Part shown: positions 37,201 through 51,082 of the stretch, piece by piece | Numbering within the stretch: position 1 is the first letter of the stretch | Layout of the letters: the number at the start of each line of letters is the position of its first letter | Assembly: GCA_977030845.1 (NCBI GenBank) | Contig: OZ365112.1 | Location: forward strand, 24,986,001-25,050,000 | Length of the DNA stretch: 64,000 nucleotides | Source: Fimbriosthenelais zetlandica | Lineage: Eukaryota | Reading direction: 5' to 3' | Notes under the pieces: model-generated | What the model was told of the DNA's origin: nothing | The model's database searches: none | What the model saw: the letters and a program-made list of their open reading frames with translations, nothing else | Made by a program: the position numbers and the translations under genes

Positions 37201-40200
37201 TAGGAGGTATGGGACATACAATATGCAATATAGGAAGGCAGACATATAATATCTCAGCGGGCATATATGTGCATTGATAATGTTTCCACAGAGACTTATT
37301 GTGGCTACTGTATTCAAGGTCAACAAACATAACAATACACCATATCACTTCTTCTGGATGGATTCCATCCTAATATATATCAGTTCACCTTTTGATACTT
37401 GCATTGTTATATTCTTCCAAAAAATACTTTCCTCAATATTTTCTTTTTGCTACCAATTCAAATATTTTGGAGTGACAACCTTTTGTTATTCAATCAAAGG
37501 ACTGTTAACCTTGAGTTCCTCAAGAGGCCTGTGCCTAAGAGCCGTAGCTGATGGCCCGTGTACAGGAAGGCAGTGTAAAGAGAACATTATGTTGGTAATC
37601 GTTGCGAGCTATAGGCTTTAATGAGCCAGACATGAAAGACTGCCGCCATTAAAGCCAGGCTGACCCACCCACCACTGACCGCCTCCCGAGGTTTACGACC
37701 TGCTCAATGTTTGATACACATTGTGAGGGAGAAATATGAGGGCAAGACGTTGACATTATCTGTGGAAAATTAGGGATTTATCATCAGGTGCGAAAGTAAA
37801 TCTTTCCATATCCTTAGGAAATCCATCAAGGAACTAGGCATTGTTATTCAGCAATCTCAATAGAGGTAGTATATATCTAATTATGAGGGAAGGGTTTTAT
37901 TTAAACTCTAAAGCAAAGGGAAATCCTTTTCAAAGGTCACATCGGCTTGCTATTTTTATTATTACTAAGGCCTCGCTATTGACGCCTGGTTGTCCGTCTG
38001 AATGCTTCTCACATATTGTAACCTGAATAGTGTTCACAGGACACAGTACCCTAGTTCATTTTCCTGCAAGATGAAAAGATCACTCGGTTGCTAATGTCTT
38101 TCGGCAAACACAACATTTCATACATAGAAGGAATATTGAATGACAAGCTATAGATTTGAGAAAAAAAATATAATGGAAGGACATTGCACTTTGTGTACTT
38201 TGTGTTCACGTTGGTTGCTTTAAATATAAAAATGCCTTTATATGGGGATTTTATTTGTGATATGGACACTGTATGCCTGCAGTGTACCCAGATCTCAGTC
38301 AGGCCAGCTTTAGCCCAGGGTGACAGCGCTCTCAGAACAAATATTCCTGAAGCCAGAGATAAAAGAAGTCAGAGCGCAGGTATTTGATGTATTCAGCGAT
38401 AAAACCTGGCAAGATGCATGCAGATAACCCGGCAGATGACCCCATCAGGCGGTCTAGAACTAGACCATCTTTATATCATTCTACCTCCAAGCATGTATTG
38501 AAACTATAGATTCTTCCCAAATCCCCCAGACTTCTTGTAAGTCATTGTTCTGATTGATGACGTCCAAACATGTCCTGTTTTCACCCAGCCTGAACTCTGC
38601 TGAAATATTACATTACTTGTAAATCCCTGCTGCAGGCCTGTGCCAGACAGGGAAAGCCTGGGTGTGTCGAAAGCTAAATGAACATCTATTACAACGGCAA
38701 ATAACATGCTTCTGGCTGCCCTTTCCATGGGACAATCTGGTTTTCTCTGATCACGGTGTCCCCGGTGCCTCTTTGCTGTGTTGGGTGATGACCATTGTGA
38801 CGTAGGCTTGGCTGACAAGTCCCCGCTGACCATGAACCTCTATTGATCATCAGTGGTAGGAGATGAAGAGGGCCAGGGGCGGTGAGGCGCTTTCCGGGCA
38901 CAGCCTGGCCCGGCCTCGCCCGGATTGAGGAGGCCCTGAGGCCGGGGAGGCTTGGCCCTGATGAGGAATGATGACCAAAGCCTGGGGCTGACTCTGGTAC
39001 TTGCTGGTCCTTCCTTACCTCACCCACCCTTCTCCTCACTTTTACAGTTACAACAGAGTAAAAGGCGATGATTGCTCCATACGAGTAAACGGAGTGATGG
39101 GATGAGAGCAGACGAACCGGAGTCAAATGATTCATTTAACTTTATCGACCAGTTTATTATATATTGATCATAATCATCGTTTATCATTGCTTCCATCGCT
39201 GACGGTATTTTGGATGTTGCCTGTCCATCTGCCATCCCCATCGATAAAATATGACTCCTCTGTCATTCAATATAAGGCAATATTCTATCCTCTCAATATT
39301 TGGATCCCAGCAAAGTAAGAGCTCGTGGCATCCTTGACCCTCTCTCTTCCTCCACTCCACCTCCGGGGCTTTAGAGGAAAATCACATGAAAGGAGACGTC
39401 GATGTAGCTGGCCTGAAGAGATGGAACAATACTGACCCCTATTGCTAATCGGGCTGTTATGTTTGTGAGGTTTCTATTGACCAGCCTTATCTAAAAGTAG
39501 TCTGTCCTCGCATGATTTCACTGATGAGAACTAAGGCTATTTATAAGGTGATGGGGAAGATGCGTTAACATTAATTACTCTAATATTCTCGCTCATCAAA
39601 CAAATCTCAAGGTTGACAAGTTCTTGCATTATCAGCATAGTGCATGGAGCCTGAATTTGTCATTGTAAGACAAAAAAACCAACGTAGCAACTTTGAAAAC
39701 TCTACTTTATAGAACTTTTGAAAGTTTTATATTCTTCTGTATATCTGCGCATTTGCCAAAGTACATTATTGGATTACGCAGGTTGCAGAAACTCTTGCCT
39801 TGTTGACTTCCATTGCTGAAAGACAATATGCTGCCTGTCAAAGGCCAGGGAAGAGTCAAGTTATACCTGGCTGGGCAGGGGGGCTGATTGTAAGAGTGAT
39901 GTCTAGCCAAGCTAGAAGGATAACAGGGGTGTCGTATTCAGCAGAGATGGAGGCGTATGTATCTTGATGCTCAGCGGATGTCGAATAGGCTGAATCAGGT
40001 AGCAATGCTTTGTCATGAGTGAATGATATAATTTCACTTTTGCAGTTCTTTAAGAGTTCATCAGCCTTTGCTTTATTCAATCAGAGTGAAATGGTCCTCT
40101 ACTGTTTCCTTATAGAAGTAAGAAAAGTAACATAAGAATACAAATGGATTGCTTTAATGCAAAGAGAAATATAACTCCTGAATAATTTCAGTTCACTAAT

Positions 40201-41089
40201 TCGTCCTTTATAATCCCTTCCACTCATAGTGCGCATATAAACTGAATCATTTTGAATGGATTGCTTTCAAAATCTAAATGTCTGGCTTGCTTTGCTTCTC
40301 CATTGAACCATCGATGTGCAAATATAGGTCCCCTCTCATTGTGTGATAATATCAAGCACAACTATTGACTTTAAACCACGTATCATTCGCTCTATCTAGG
40401 GACATATTGTGCGCCAAAATTCACACCCTATATATGTCTCTCATCCACCGTTGCAAAGCGACATTGATTTTTTTTTGCAGGATGATAAACAGTCTTTGTC
40501 GTTTATCATTCTTATTGTATATCTATCAGAGAGTGTGCCAACAGCGGAGGCCTCACAATAAAGCACTGCCATCAGTTAATGCCTTGTCATATGATCGCTG
40601 TGTACAGTGCTATGGGATGACATTAGTGAACTAGTCCTGCCTTAATGGTCTATAGAGCCTTGCTGATAGACATTTCCCTATAACATGCTATGTGTGCACT
40701 CCCCTTGATCCAATGCTGTTACATGACCGCCAAACATTGTCCGGCCATTGACTCCATGGGGGATGTGAAAGAAAAGATCATGAAATGTTCAGATTCCCTC
40801 CTTTTTTGTATACTGTGAGTTTTAGCTTGTTCTGCAGTAGATCTTTTAGGGTGAACCGTAGCATGGAGTACATTGATAAGGTCCAGCAATAAGGGCAGAA
40901 CCCCAAAGTGATCCCTCACCAAATTCATTTGCAAGGGACATTTCATTGATTAAAGCAAGCCTGGCAAACCTCTGTCCTTGAACACTGAAGAATGGCCTTT
41001 CTTTTCTCTGACCTGTATAGTTACAGAGCTCTTATATATTGTACTAAAGGCACCGCTTGTCCCCTGCACAGAAATTCAGTCAAGGAGCT

Positions 41090-41104
41090 TATATATATAT
41101 ATAT
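41090..41104. repeat. (TA)n microsatellite
   Basis: About 7 TA units. Confidence 0.8.
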
Positions 41105-43877
41105 GATGGCTTGAGAAGTGGAATCCTCCATACATGAGAAGATTTCAGGCACAAGAGGCTGAGGTCTACAAGATGACATACCTATTTATAGAAAGCTTGG
41201 TACTTGCATTTACTGCCAATCAATATAAGGCATACACTTGCATGCAGAAATACTTGATTTTTTTCCCATGCAGATGTCAAAAGGCTATAGCATATTCTTT
41301 GAAGGTGCGATGAAGGAGAAATCTATATGAAAAGATCTTTTTAGTCGGCTATAGAATATGAGGTGATCTTTCTCTGAAGATGTTTTATAAGCAAATTTTG
41401 TTCTTTAGAAGACTATTTTTTGTTCTTAAAGAGGAATATAATAGGGATGTGATATAACGTGAAAGACCAAATGTTACGTTAAATTGTTGGCAGTAGTTAT
41501 TGTGGAATTAATCACTCTGGATTCAAGGAAGGCATTCACATTTTCTTGAGCTCATTATACTTCATCCTTCCAGAACTTATTAACGAGTGTTGTTCGCACA
41601 AATCAATGGGGAGTTTCATTCTCAACTGCTGCTTAATGTGGGAAGCGTTCTACAGAATTCAATACTGAGTCGTGCTTAAAAGACTTGCTGAGGAGATTCT
41701 CATTTTTTTGTTCAAATTTGCCTCCAGTTAATGTGGGCCGGGTCCTGCTGTTATCCAACCAAGACACACTGGACTCCACAACCTGCTATCCAAACAGATT
41801 AATTTCGCTCTGACTCCCAGCATTTTTAGTCGTTTATAATGGCCAATATTATTAAAAGGACTGTGGGAACCGGCCAAAGGAGCTGCTGACAACAATTAAT
41901 GACTAAATTAAAAACTGTTCGTTCCCCAAGAAGTTTGGAAAGAAAGGAGCCCCAGATGGCCAATTATTTGCTCTTTATCTGCTCTGTGTCATAGGTTGTG
42001 ATATACTCGCATCACTCTGCTCTATATCCCATGGTCTGTATTATTTCTGTGAGAATTAGCCCATTATTCTGCACAACGCCATCACTATGCATTACGTGGT
42101 CTCGAAATTTTAGCCAGACAACCTTGTTGTGAGGCTTTTACATACATACCTTCATTCAATGAGGGAATCCACAAAGGAGATCATATAAAATGGTAATTGG
42201 CTGAAATTTCAGTTAATTTCCCAAAGGCGTGCAATCGTGGGGGCCATTAATGAAATCGTCCTATCCCCATTAGATTATGCCATCCATGACTCGTGCATCT
42301 TTAGTGAGAGGAGTCAGAAGGCGATGTTGGAAACATAGTTTATATCTTCCCTCACACATCTATCCATGCCTCGGCCTTTAATACTCGCTCGTCATGTGCT
42401 GTGCTGGCTCACATAAAACAGCTGTAAAATGGGCAGGACTGTGAAACATACACCACTGTAGGTGTTCCCTTTCCTACAATAATGTATAGAATCAAGTAAA
42501 CTGAGATTTTCTGCCTATGGTTTTTAACGCTACAGTTTAGGCCTCAATGTTCCATGTGCACAGAATGAGTTGAAGTTATTATACATACCATCTTTTAGAT
42601 AGACTACTAGTATTATAATCGGCTTGCATATGGTATATAAGTCATTAACGCAATGTATCAAAGACATTTTAAAATCTTACTTGGAAATTATTCACATTGT
42701 GTCTGCTTTTCGATGACAGGCGCGACTCCAAGATAAAAGGCAAACCTCCGAGGTAGCTCTGATGCCTGCATGCAAGGATTGACTTTTCGCTTTGAAAACT
42801 AATATAACTCTTTACCGTGCATGGTGTTCTTTTTATTGTTTGAATTATCTGTCTGCCCTGAATGATTGATTGGGTTTTATTTTCCCATGCGACTGATAAA
42901 AATAATTTGAAAAAGATTGGTGTCATGGAAGACCGAGGTCGCTGTCCTATTCGTGTATGTATAGGAGGCTCTTTACAGTCACATTTCTGAATATGTAGGC
43001 CTAATCAATTTACTATAACACACTACAACAATCCTCACATTTATCATTTCTATTGCTTTATGAGAAGAAGCCTTTAGATTTTGTAAGACGTCTTTTTGTC
43101 CATACCTTCATATAGGAAAGTCTCAGACCCACTGGTGGGGCACCTCTTCCTGCTGTTACCTTATATCTACTGCTTCCTTTTCCCCGCTCTCCTGCCACCT
43201 TTTTATTATTTGTATCTGCCGCTCCTTCTTTCCCCTTGTCTAGATCTATGGATGTCTTTGCCAACTGCTATCACCATATAGCCGTCCTATCCCCACTTCA
43301 TCTTTTTGCCCAGGCTACCTGCCCTCACCCTTACCTGTCTCTGCCAATCACCCCACACCACATCACTCCAGCTATCACCCATATCTTCCTCTAGCTTCCA
43401 CTCCCTCCACTCGCTTTTTATTTGGCCTGATAAATGCATGTATACAGCCGAGATTTCAGCTGGTTATACTCGGCCTTTCCCCCGAAGGGCCCGATTCAGG
43501 GATAAATAAGTGTGGCTGGTTTAAAGCTATTCCGGACACGTATCACATATCTGAATCGACCCCAGGGTGCGGAGACCATTTGGTGCTGGCCAGTCCTGAA
43601 GCTATGGAAGCAATACCGATATGAATGTGGAAAGAGGTAGCAGTAAGTGCAGGCAGTGGCCCTGGCCAACTAACCCTAAGGTATCAACTTCATAAGACCT
43701 TTGACATTGCTTGGGACTTTAGCAAAAAAGCAAGATTTAAACTAGATACTATATACTATTTTGAAATACATTAGCAGAAGTTTACAATTAGCTGAGTGCA
43801 CATAGGGATTTATCCCTTGGAAACCGACTGAAGTCTCTAGAAGTCACTTCATATTACAGTTTCTATAGACTAGTCCA

Positions 43878-43893
43878 AGGTCACCATAGTTCA
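43878..43893 (+). promoter_or_regulatory. DR4 nuclear-receptor element
   Basis: AGGTCA-CCAT-AGTTCA. The half-sites and spacer differ, so it is not a simple slippage duplication. Confidence 0.35.
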
Positions 43894-46800
43894 AATCGAA
43901 CGTCTCACGAGGGAAGGGGGAATAATGTGGGAAGGGGAAAATGGGAGTCAAACTTGGTTATTTCAAACTAGGCTAATGTGAAATATCGATTCTTCCGTGG
44001 CAGTTTACTGTTCACTACTGCATCTTGCTGTGTTTTCTATGGTCATCACAGGTCCATACTATAAACATTTTATGGCCAGACTATGCCAGTGTAAATCTTT
44101 GCATGTTTACCAGAATAAACAGTCTGATAGTGAATTACTTTGCATATTGAACTGATTTAGTGCCAGCAGAAATAAACAGTGCCTGAAAAATGAATGCAGA
44201 TCCTGATGGCTTTGAAACTAAATGTGCGAAAATTAATATACCAAATAAATTATGAAGAAAACCCTGATGCAGCATAACATGAGACTTTTATCTTCAATGG
44301 TATTTACTGTTGCATTTTAATGTTACCTTCAATCCAAGAGTTTAAGCTCATGCCATTCCTTGTTACTAATGTCCTAAATATTAGAGACCGATGTGACCAA
44401 TATTATTGCAGCATCAAGTCTTTTAAACTGACGCCTGAGAACGATTTATTATAGACATGTGAGAAGGAAATGCATTACCCTTTTCATCATTGATATTATC
44501 AATTTTTATGCCAGAGAAGAAATTGATCTTTTTCCATCACCGCCTCATGATAGTCGTTGAATAAGAATCGCAGCATCCCACTGTATATATAGACTGGTCA
44601 TCATATTATCAGTGTGAGAGGGTCGGTGGTCGTATCAAAAGTCAATGCAGGTCCAGGGCCCAGACTGACCGAGGAATAAATCACTCTCCCGTCCGGTTGC
44701 TGACCTGACAGCCGGGAAATTAATGTTTGATTCCCGTCAGTACTGACAGAGCCCGGCCTCGGCTACTGGCCAGAGTAGCTCCCAATTGCTCACTGAATAA
44801 AGGCCTGCGATTTGCTTCTGTATCTACTTGTACGCAAAGAGAGTTCCTTTATATTTTTTCCCTTTTTTTGTAAGTAGTATGTGGTGATGCTTTTGGAAGT
44901 GTAAGAACGTTTAAGAACCCTTGTAACACCACATTGATGATTCAGCGACTTTGATCTATGAATTTATAGGCCTATTTAGAGTTGGTCATTCTAATACCAT
45001 TGTCCATGAAGAGTTAAGAGGAAGATATTCTCTCTGACAGTTCAATGGCTTCTTGCCAACCTGCACATCACCAAGGATCTTGAGACACAATGGTGAATGC
45101 TGAACATATCATCCAAAACTGGGCAATACAATACCCAAAAAAGTGTGTGTACCTGAATGATCACCAGATAGCATCCATTAACTTATTCAGCTTCATTCAA
45201 TCTAGTTGATGTTATAAAGTGTCTTGTATTTTCATCCGCCAATTCATAAGATGATATCAGAGTCTACAATTGTAACCGATACATGCCAAAACGACTGCTC
45301 TCCAATGAGGGCTTGGAACACAATTCCTCAAGAATAATAATAAACAGAATATTGCATACTAGTAATATAGGAAAAAATACGCTGCCATGTTGACGATAGG
45401 TGTCAGCCTGTCAGACAGAGATCATTATGGAGGGTATTTGACACTCTGACAAGCGAAAGGTCCATCCTTTATTCACGGCTATTAATCTTTAAAGCCCGAA
45501 TGTCCATCATTTGTCTAACTGTCTGTTCCGTGCAAATCGAGAATGGCAAAAAGATTCTTTCATCTGCGATGCCCCGTACCCTCAAGATTCCCCCATGTCA
45601 CCACTGCTGCTAGCAGAGCCACATATCCGAGCATTGTCACTAAAATATTTAAAGAGCTCGTTGGATGTTAATTGGAAAACAACCTTGTGATGGAGCAAAG
45701 GATGCACAAAAAGCCGTCGGTAAAAACTGGGCTTGTTAGGTGTAAATAACAATAATCTCTGCTGTACGACTGGGTTCTATGGCTCGGTTTTTGTGGCCAC
45801 GTTTGGCGTGTCAGATATTTCATCCCCCACCCATGTGATTAGTCCTGGATATTGACTTCCCAAGTGAGTTAAAACAACCCTGTATACATGTACCTTCTCT
45901 TAATGGCCGAGGATTTAACACTCGTAGAACCTATAGTATTGCTCTTGATTCCCGACGGGTATTTTTAAGCACCGTTTCAGCAGGCGTGCCCCAATACTCT
46001 ATCTGGGTGTGCTCTCATCTGTAGTTACATCGGTTCATACTTTTATCACATTTCAAAACTGCTTCTGAGTGTCTCTGAGTATGAAAAGAATGAAGCTTTT
46101 CTCTGTAAGAAAGAGGTACAATGCGTCAAAGACTGATGAATGCAGGTGATGCTGCTCTGCCATTACTTTACAGAAAGTGCTTTTTTGAAGGAGTATTTTT
46201 GTCTTGTTACTCATTCTAGTGAGATTCTTAGCCACAAATCGGTGCTAAGTGCCACAAGAGGCCCAGTCTTGTAAGTGACGCCTCCACCAGATAAATGATG
46301 GCCATCCAAATACACCCTGTAGACTGACTCTAGCCTCCAAATGTTTATTTCCTCCTGCCAGTCCCTATTATTGGCATTCGTTAATTCAACAATCTAGGGA
46401 CTTTATTCTTGCATTCTCTATTCCATATTCTTATATAAGTATGCTTTATTATTCTCTTTGCAAACAAAGCATGGCCTTAAATCTACCATTCATTTGAACA
46501 TAAAATATATAGTCGATATAATGCTATCACAATTCTAGGCATTCACTGACTTTCAAGTTATACATACCGCTACAATTGCAGGACATGAATAAATATGTAC
46601 AGGACTTAACCCCACACCCTAGTTTCCTCTCGATTCATTAAATGCTACGGGGAGAGAAATAGCTTGCGAACAGCTGGTTCATTTTTCATAGATTCCAAAG
46701 AAACAGCGCTACAATGCTCTATTCAGTTTCGGAAGAGCCCTTGAATAATAGAAGCAGTGGGGCAGGCTGGAATAATATGGGATCATGACACAGCAGTGGC

Positions 46801-48561
46801 AAGTCTAATCCAGAAGAAGCCTTTTCTTGGTGGAGGGAATACTTTGTAGGGATGGTGGAGTAGTGGGTGCTGATAGGGGAGCTAGTGATATGGGCTGGTA
46901 GGACTAGGGAATTAGATAAGAGCCACGCTTGGACAAGGTGCCAGCATCCAACCATATATGACCCACAGAGTAGCCTCTTAACCTCGTACAAGTGAGGCCT
47001 CGTCTTAACTGATTAAGACATGAATATTTAGTGCCCATTGCTTTTAATTCAAATACCTGATGCGATAGTGTGCCTCCATAGCTCTGAGGCATAGATCACC
47101 TCAGAAACGTGAATGTCCTTGCATGTGTCTTCCTCACCTCAGTTCTTGTTTTAACGTTACATTTCTTATCCTTTGCTAACTGCATCACAACAAACACTGA
47201 TGCGAAAGAAACATTGCTCTTCACAGAGATGGAATTTGTCATGGATGCTAATTGATCTCCATTTTAAAGAACCACGAACACAACCGATAAAAAACGTTAC
47301 CTGACATGCTCAGTGAGAATTGAAAGAACCATGAACGACTGACTATGAGTTTTTAATTGTTGTTACGTCTGTCATAAAGAATGTCTGTCTCAATGAATTA
47401 ACCAAGGTGTCAGGTCATGAATATAAAAGACATAGTACAAGATAAGAGTGAAATAATTCACCTGTTTTGATAGAATTGTGAGATAAATATATATGGGATC
47501 AGAGGATCTTGACCAGATGCCTGCACCTCAAGCATGTTCGTTAGCATCGCTGTAGAAGTACTTTACAAATTTCTCTGAGAAATTTATGGACTTAGTAGCA
47601 GGTTGTGGCAACTACATTCTTCTGTGGAAGAGATTTGGCCCAAGGGGATTTTTCTCCTCTCCTTGCCACCAAATCACCTGTCCTTGGCTAACCAACACTT
47701 TCACAACTCAGTACACTATCTCACCCATCATAGAAAATATGATGTTTTTTTTTATATCCAAAACGTGATTATTAGCTGCTTGATAATGTTGTCATGAGTG
47801 ACACATAATATTCAGGGTCGAAATGAATACACAAAATCGATTTATGGTGTGTTTATGCCTGAAGAATAATAAATTGAATCTACTTAACCTATTCTTATGA
47901 CTAAACTCGTGTCCCGATTCCCATCAATCTTTCTTGGAGGTGAGTCTATAGAGAATGTTCACACCCTATCTGAAAGCTCTTACACCCCTGACGAAGTAAG
48001 TGCATTGGCCATTCAACGATCTCATACATAATTCATACTGCTTATTCCAATTATCTATTTCCGCCGACAATATTCTTACCCAGTTTATCTGTATGCTAAT
48101 TTATACAATTTCATGCTTTCTCTCTGCTCGCAAGAGGAAGCTATTACTGTTTTCATCGCCAAAGGGTGGTTGAAAGATTTGCCTCCCTTGGTTTACTGCT
48201 CGACACTGCCTCATGGTGCTTGGTAGTGATTGCAAAAAGCGCCCAGTTTCTTGCTTCACAGACTCTTTACTATCTTTGCCTCGGAAGCTCGTATATCATT
48301 GCCCCTATACAACAGGATTCCTATGGATTGAAATTGGTTTAATCAGTCCTTATACACATACATTACGCTCTAGAACATCCCTCCATATACATGTACATAC
48401 TCCCAACACTTCACTACAGTATAGTAGTTAGTAATGGTTGTAGTGTGCCTGAGACTGAGGACGATAATCCTATATACTATACTACTATCATATAATCCTA
48501 TACTGTGAGCAGAGTAAAAGCGGAGTAGCTTTTGTGGTTGTTTGTCGCTATTCTACAGTAG

Positions 48562-48592
48562 TTAGATCCAATTAGATCCAAATTAGATCCAA
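48562..48592. repeat. 10-11-bp tandem repeat (TTAGATCCA core) x3
   Basis: gTTAGATCCA-aTTAGATCCA-aaTTAGATCCAa. Confidence 0.75.
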
Positions 48593-48784
48593 TATCGTTC
48601 AGTAGTTACGATCTAAACAACATATAGCTTACTGCCTTAATCCTGTGGCAACATTGTTCTCCCCACCTATTCAGGATCACACCCCCTGTTCCGATGCCAA
48701 TTCTGTTAAAATAGGTTAAAATATGAATGTCTTAGATCTGCTGATCGCTAGGAAAACTTTTTGGCTTACAATACTCCACCACTT

Positions 48785-49350
48785 TCCATGTAGGTGACTG
48801 GGCATCTATCTATAAACCCAGTCCCCTCCTGTGTGGGAAGGCATTGGACGACATGGGTATGAAACTTTGCAAGAATTGCAAGTCATGAATATCTAGTGGA
48901 TATCACAAAAGACCTGGTACATTAATTGGATACTTACCAGGCATCATTGCCTGGTGATTCTTGCAGTGATTCTTGCATTTGAAGCTTGTCTACAAGACCT
49001 TCATCTGCAAGTGCATCAATTGCTACCCAAAAATGATATGTTGCCCTAAATGGATGGCACAAGCAAGCAATTAGCATCTACCTTAGCAGAATGTGAACCC
49101 GCATGCACTCCAGTCCATGTAGGTGTCTGGGCATCTATAAACCCAGTCCCCTCGAGTGTGGGAAGAAATTGGAAAACATGGGTATGAAAGTTTGCAAGAA
49201 TTGCAAGTCATGAATATCTAGTGGATATCACAAAAGACCCGGTACATTAATTGGATACCTTCCAGCCACCACTGCCTGGTGATTCTTGCAGTGATTCTTG
49301 AAATTGGATCTTGTCTACAAGACCTTCATCTGCAAGTGCATCAACTTGCT
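48785..49350. repeat. Local direct duplication of about 240 bp; copies at 48785-49024 and 49114-49350, offset about 329 bp
   Basis: Long identical blocks occur in both copies, e.g. TTTGCAAGAATTGCAAGTCATGAATATCTAGTGGATATCACAAAAGACC and CTTGTCTACAAGACCTTCATCTGCAAGTGCATCAA. About 90 bp of unrelated spacer separates them. Confidence 0.95.
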
Positions 49351-51066
49351 GAGGATATTTCGCAAGATTCTAAATGCTGCATTAACACTTCCCTCCATCC
49401 TGCTTAGGTTTAATATGTGCAGGCTATGATGTATTAACATTTATTATGCCTGGCGAGCCAATTACATGCCATACGGCAGTCTTTTATGAGGTGACATAGG
49501 GAGCATGGCAGCTGCGGTGGTGGTATTACCTTTTCCTTGCGTCTAAAGGCAAGTCATGAAAGAGGCCTGGAGATGAGAGAAGCCTTGTGGGAGGTGCCTA
49601 CTTGGTCGAGTATTAACATTCCTCATATTGCTCTTATTAATCACACTGAGACGGTATGATGAGGAAGCAGGGACAGCGCAAGGTGTGAATGATAAAGCAA
49701 AGGCTCGTATATTATTACAGGCCTTTGTCTTATAGGGCTCCATTTATATGTTATATTGTGGGCGGTACTCTCAGGGTTGTAACAAGAATATTGATGTACA
49801 TGTACATCAGATTTGTGGCCTGTGTACCTAACTCATTCCCTGGAAGGACAACACTCTGTTCTATATGCCCATCACATGGTGTTTCTTTTATATAGTAAAG
49901 GGGAATGAATTGCGCATCATTCTTGGTTAACGAGTTCCATCTCTAGGGATGGTAAAGATAAATACAAGCGGTTGTGGCATAAGAAATAAGTTGGCTTTTC
50001 GCTAGCTTCCTCTGATTAGTGATTTTCTCTTTCCCATTTCCTTCATCTGATTAATGCTTTTTGTTGGCTTCCTGTAGTGCTGTAGTTAGGGTTTCTTCAT
50101 TAATGTACTGCTCACTACATGAACGCTGATCTTAGGTTTGTTTTTTGTTGATCAGGACTGAGATCGCAGGTGTCTCTTACAAGGGGAGGCATTATTAATC
50201 TATGGTTAATGTCACCTTCCGTCCCCACAAATCAACTGTTAGTTTCCTACGTATGACATTGTACACATAAAATCAATTGATCCTGCCCAGTATACCTTAG
50301 TGAAACTGTACCTTGTTTGTACAGGTTTTACATTACCTACACTAATGTCTGTACCTCACTTTAAGAGAAATTTGAACCACTATTTAACATTATACTTATT
50401 ATAGTGTTGTTGCACTATATTTCGGGAAGTAGGAAACCTATTCGCTTCTTTCTTACCCTTAATGTAAGATCATAAAACCTAGGATATTATCAGAGAGAAT
50501 CTAGGCTATACATGATTAATTTCCAGACCATACTTCCCTCCCCTATATGCCTGATCACGAATGACAGTTGAAATCCACAGCGGTCTATCCAATGTCTTTG
50601 AGATTCCTTCCTGCATGCTTTTGTATTTCATTTTCCCTGTACATGTATATTGGAAGCAGCTCTTTCATTTGTCAACTATGGCAGAGTCGCCTTTTGAATT
50701 CCCATTTTGAATGTGCTGTCACGCATTGAGTTTTCTCACTGCTGGTTGAATAAGCTTTCGCAAAGTATATCCCCATTTCTTCATTCCTTTATTGCAATGA
50801 CCCATTAAAATGTCCCATTGTAGACACCATGCTTTTGTCCTACATTTCAATGCATCTATACTTGTCCTTATGAGCCATGTGTGTCCATGGTGTTATATAA
50901 ATTTGAATCTTGGGAACATCTATATAAGTTGGCTTAATATATTGAAGGCTGTGCAGAAATTGTATATGCATAGGCTTACAGAAATGTGAGCCCCATAGAC
51001 TAAAGCATTGTTATGAAGCAAGCCCCTGAACACCAGCAAATATATTATCATTTACTAGAATATTCA

Positions 51067-51082
51067 TGAACTTGCATGAACT
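51067..51082 (-). promoter_or_regulatory. DR4 element within a 10-bp tandem duplication
   Basis: Minus strand AGTTCA-TGCA-AGTTCA (plus strand CATGAACTTG repeated). Confidence 0.2.

Noticed and set aside
39856-40080. Protein-like 74-aa ORF (KAKADELLK...SAEHQDTYASISAEYDTP)
   Set aside because: TTG start, no good splice acceptor and no recognisable family.
46870-47000. TRLRGYS ... NSLVLPAHITSS on the minus strand (CR1 3' end-like)
   Set aside because: Plausible relic but the motifs are short and in different frames; unverified.
48930-48943. ATACTTACCAGGCA, resembling the U1 snRNA 5' end
   Set aside because: No similarity to the rest of U1; it is the complement of a donor-like sequence.
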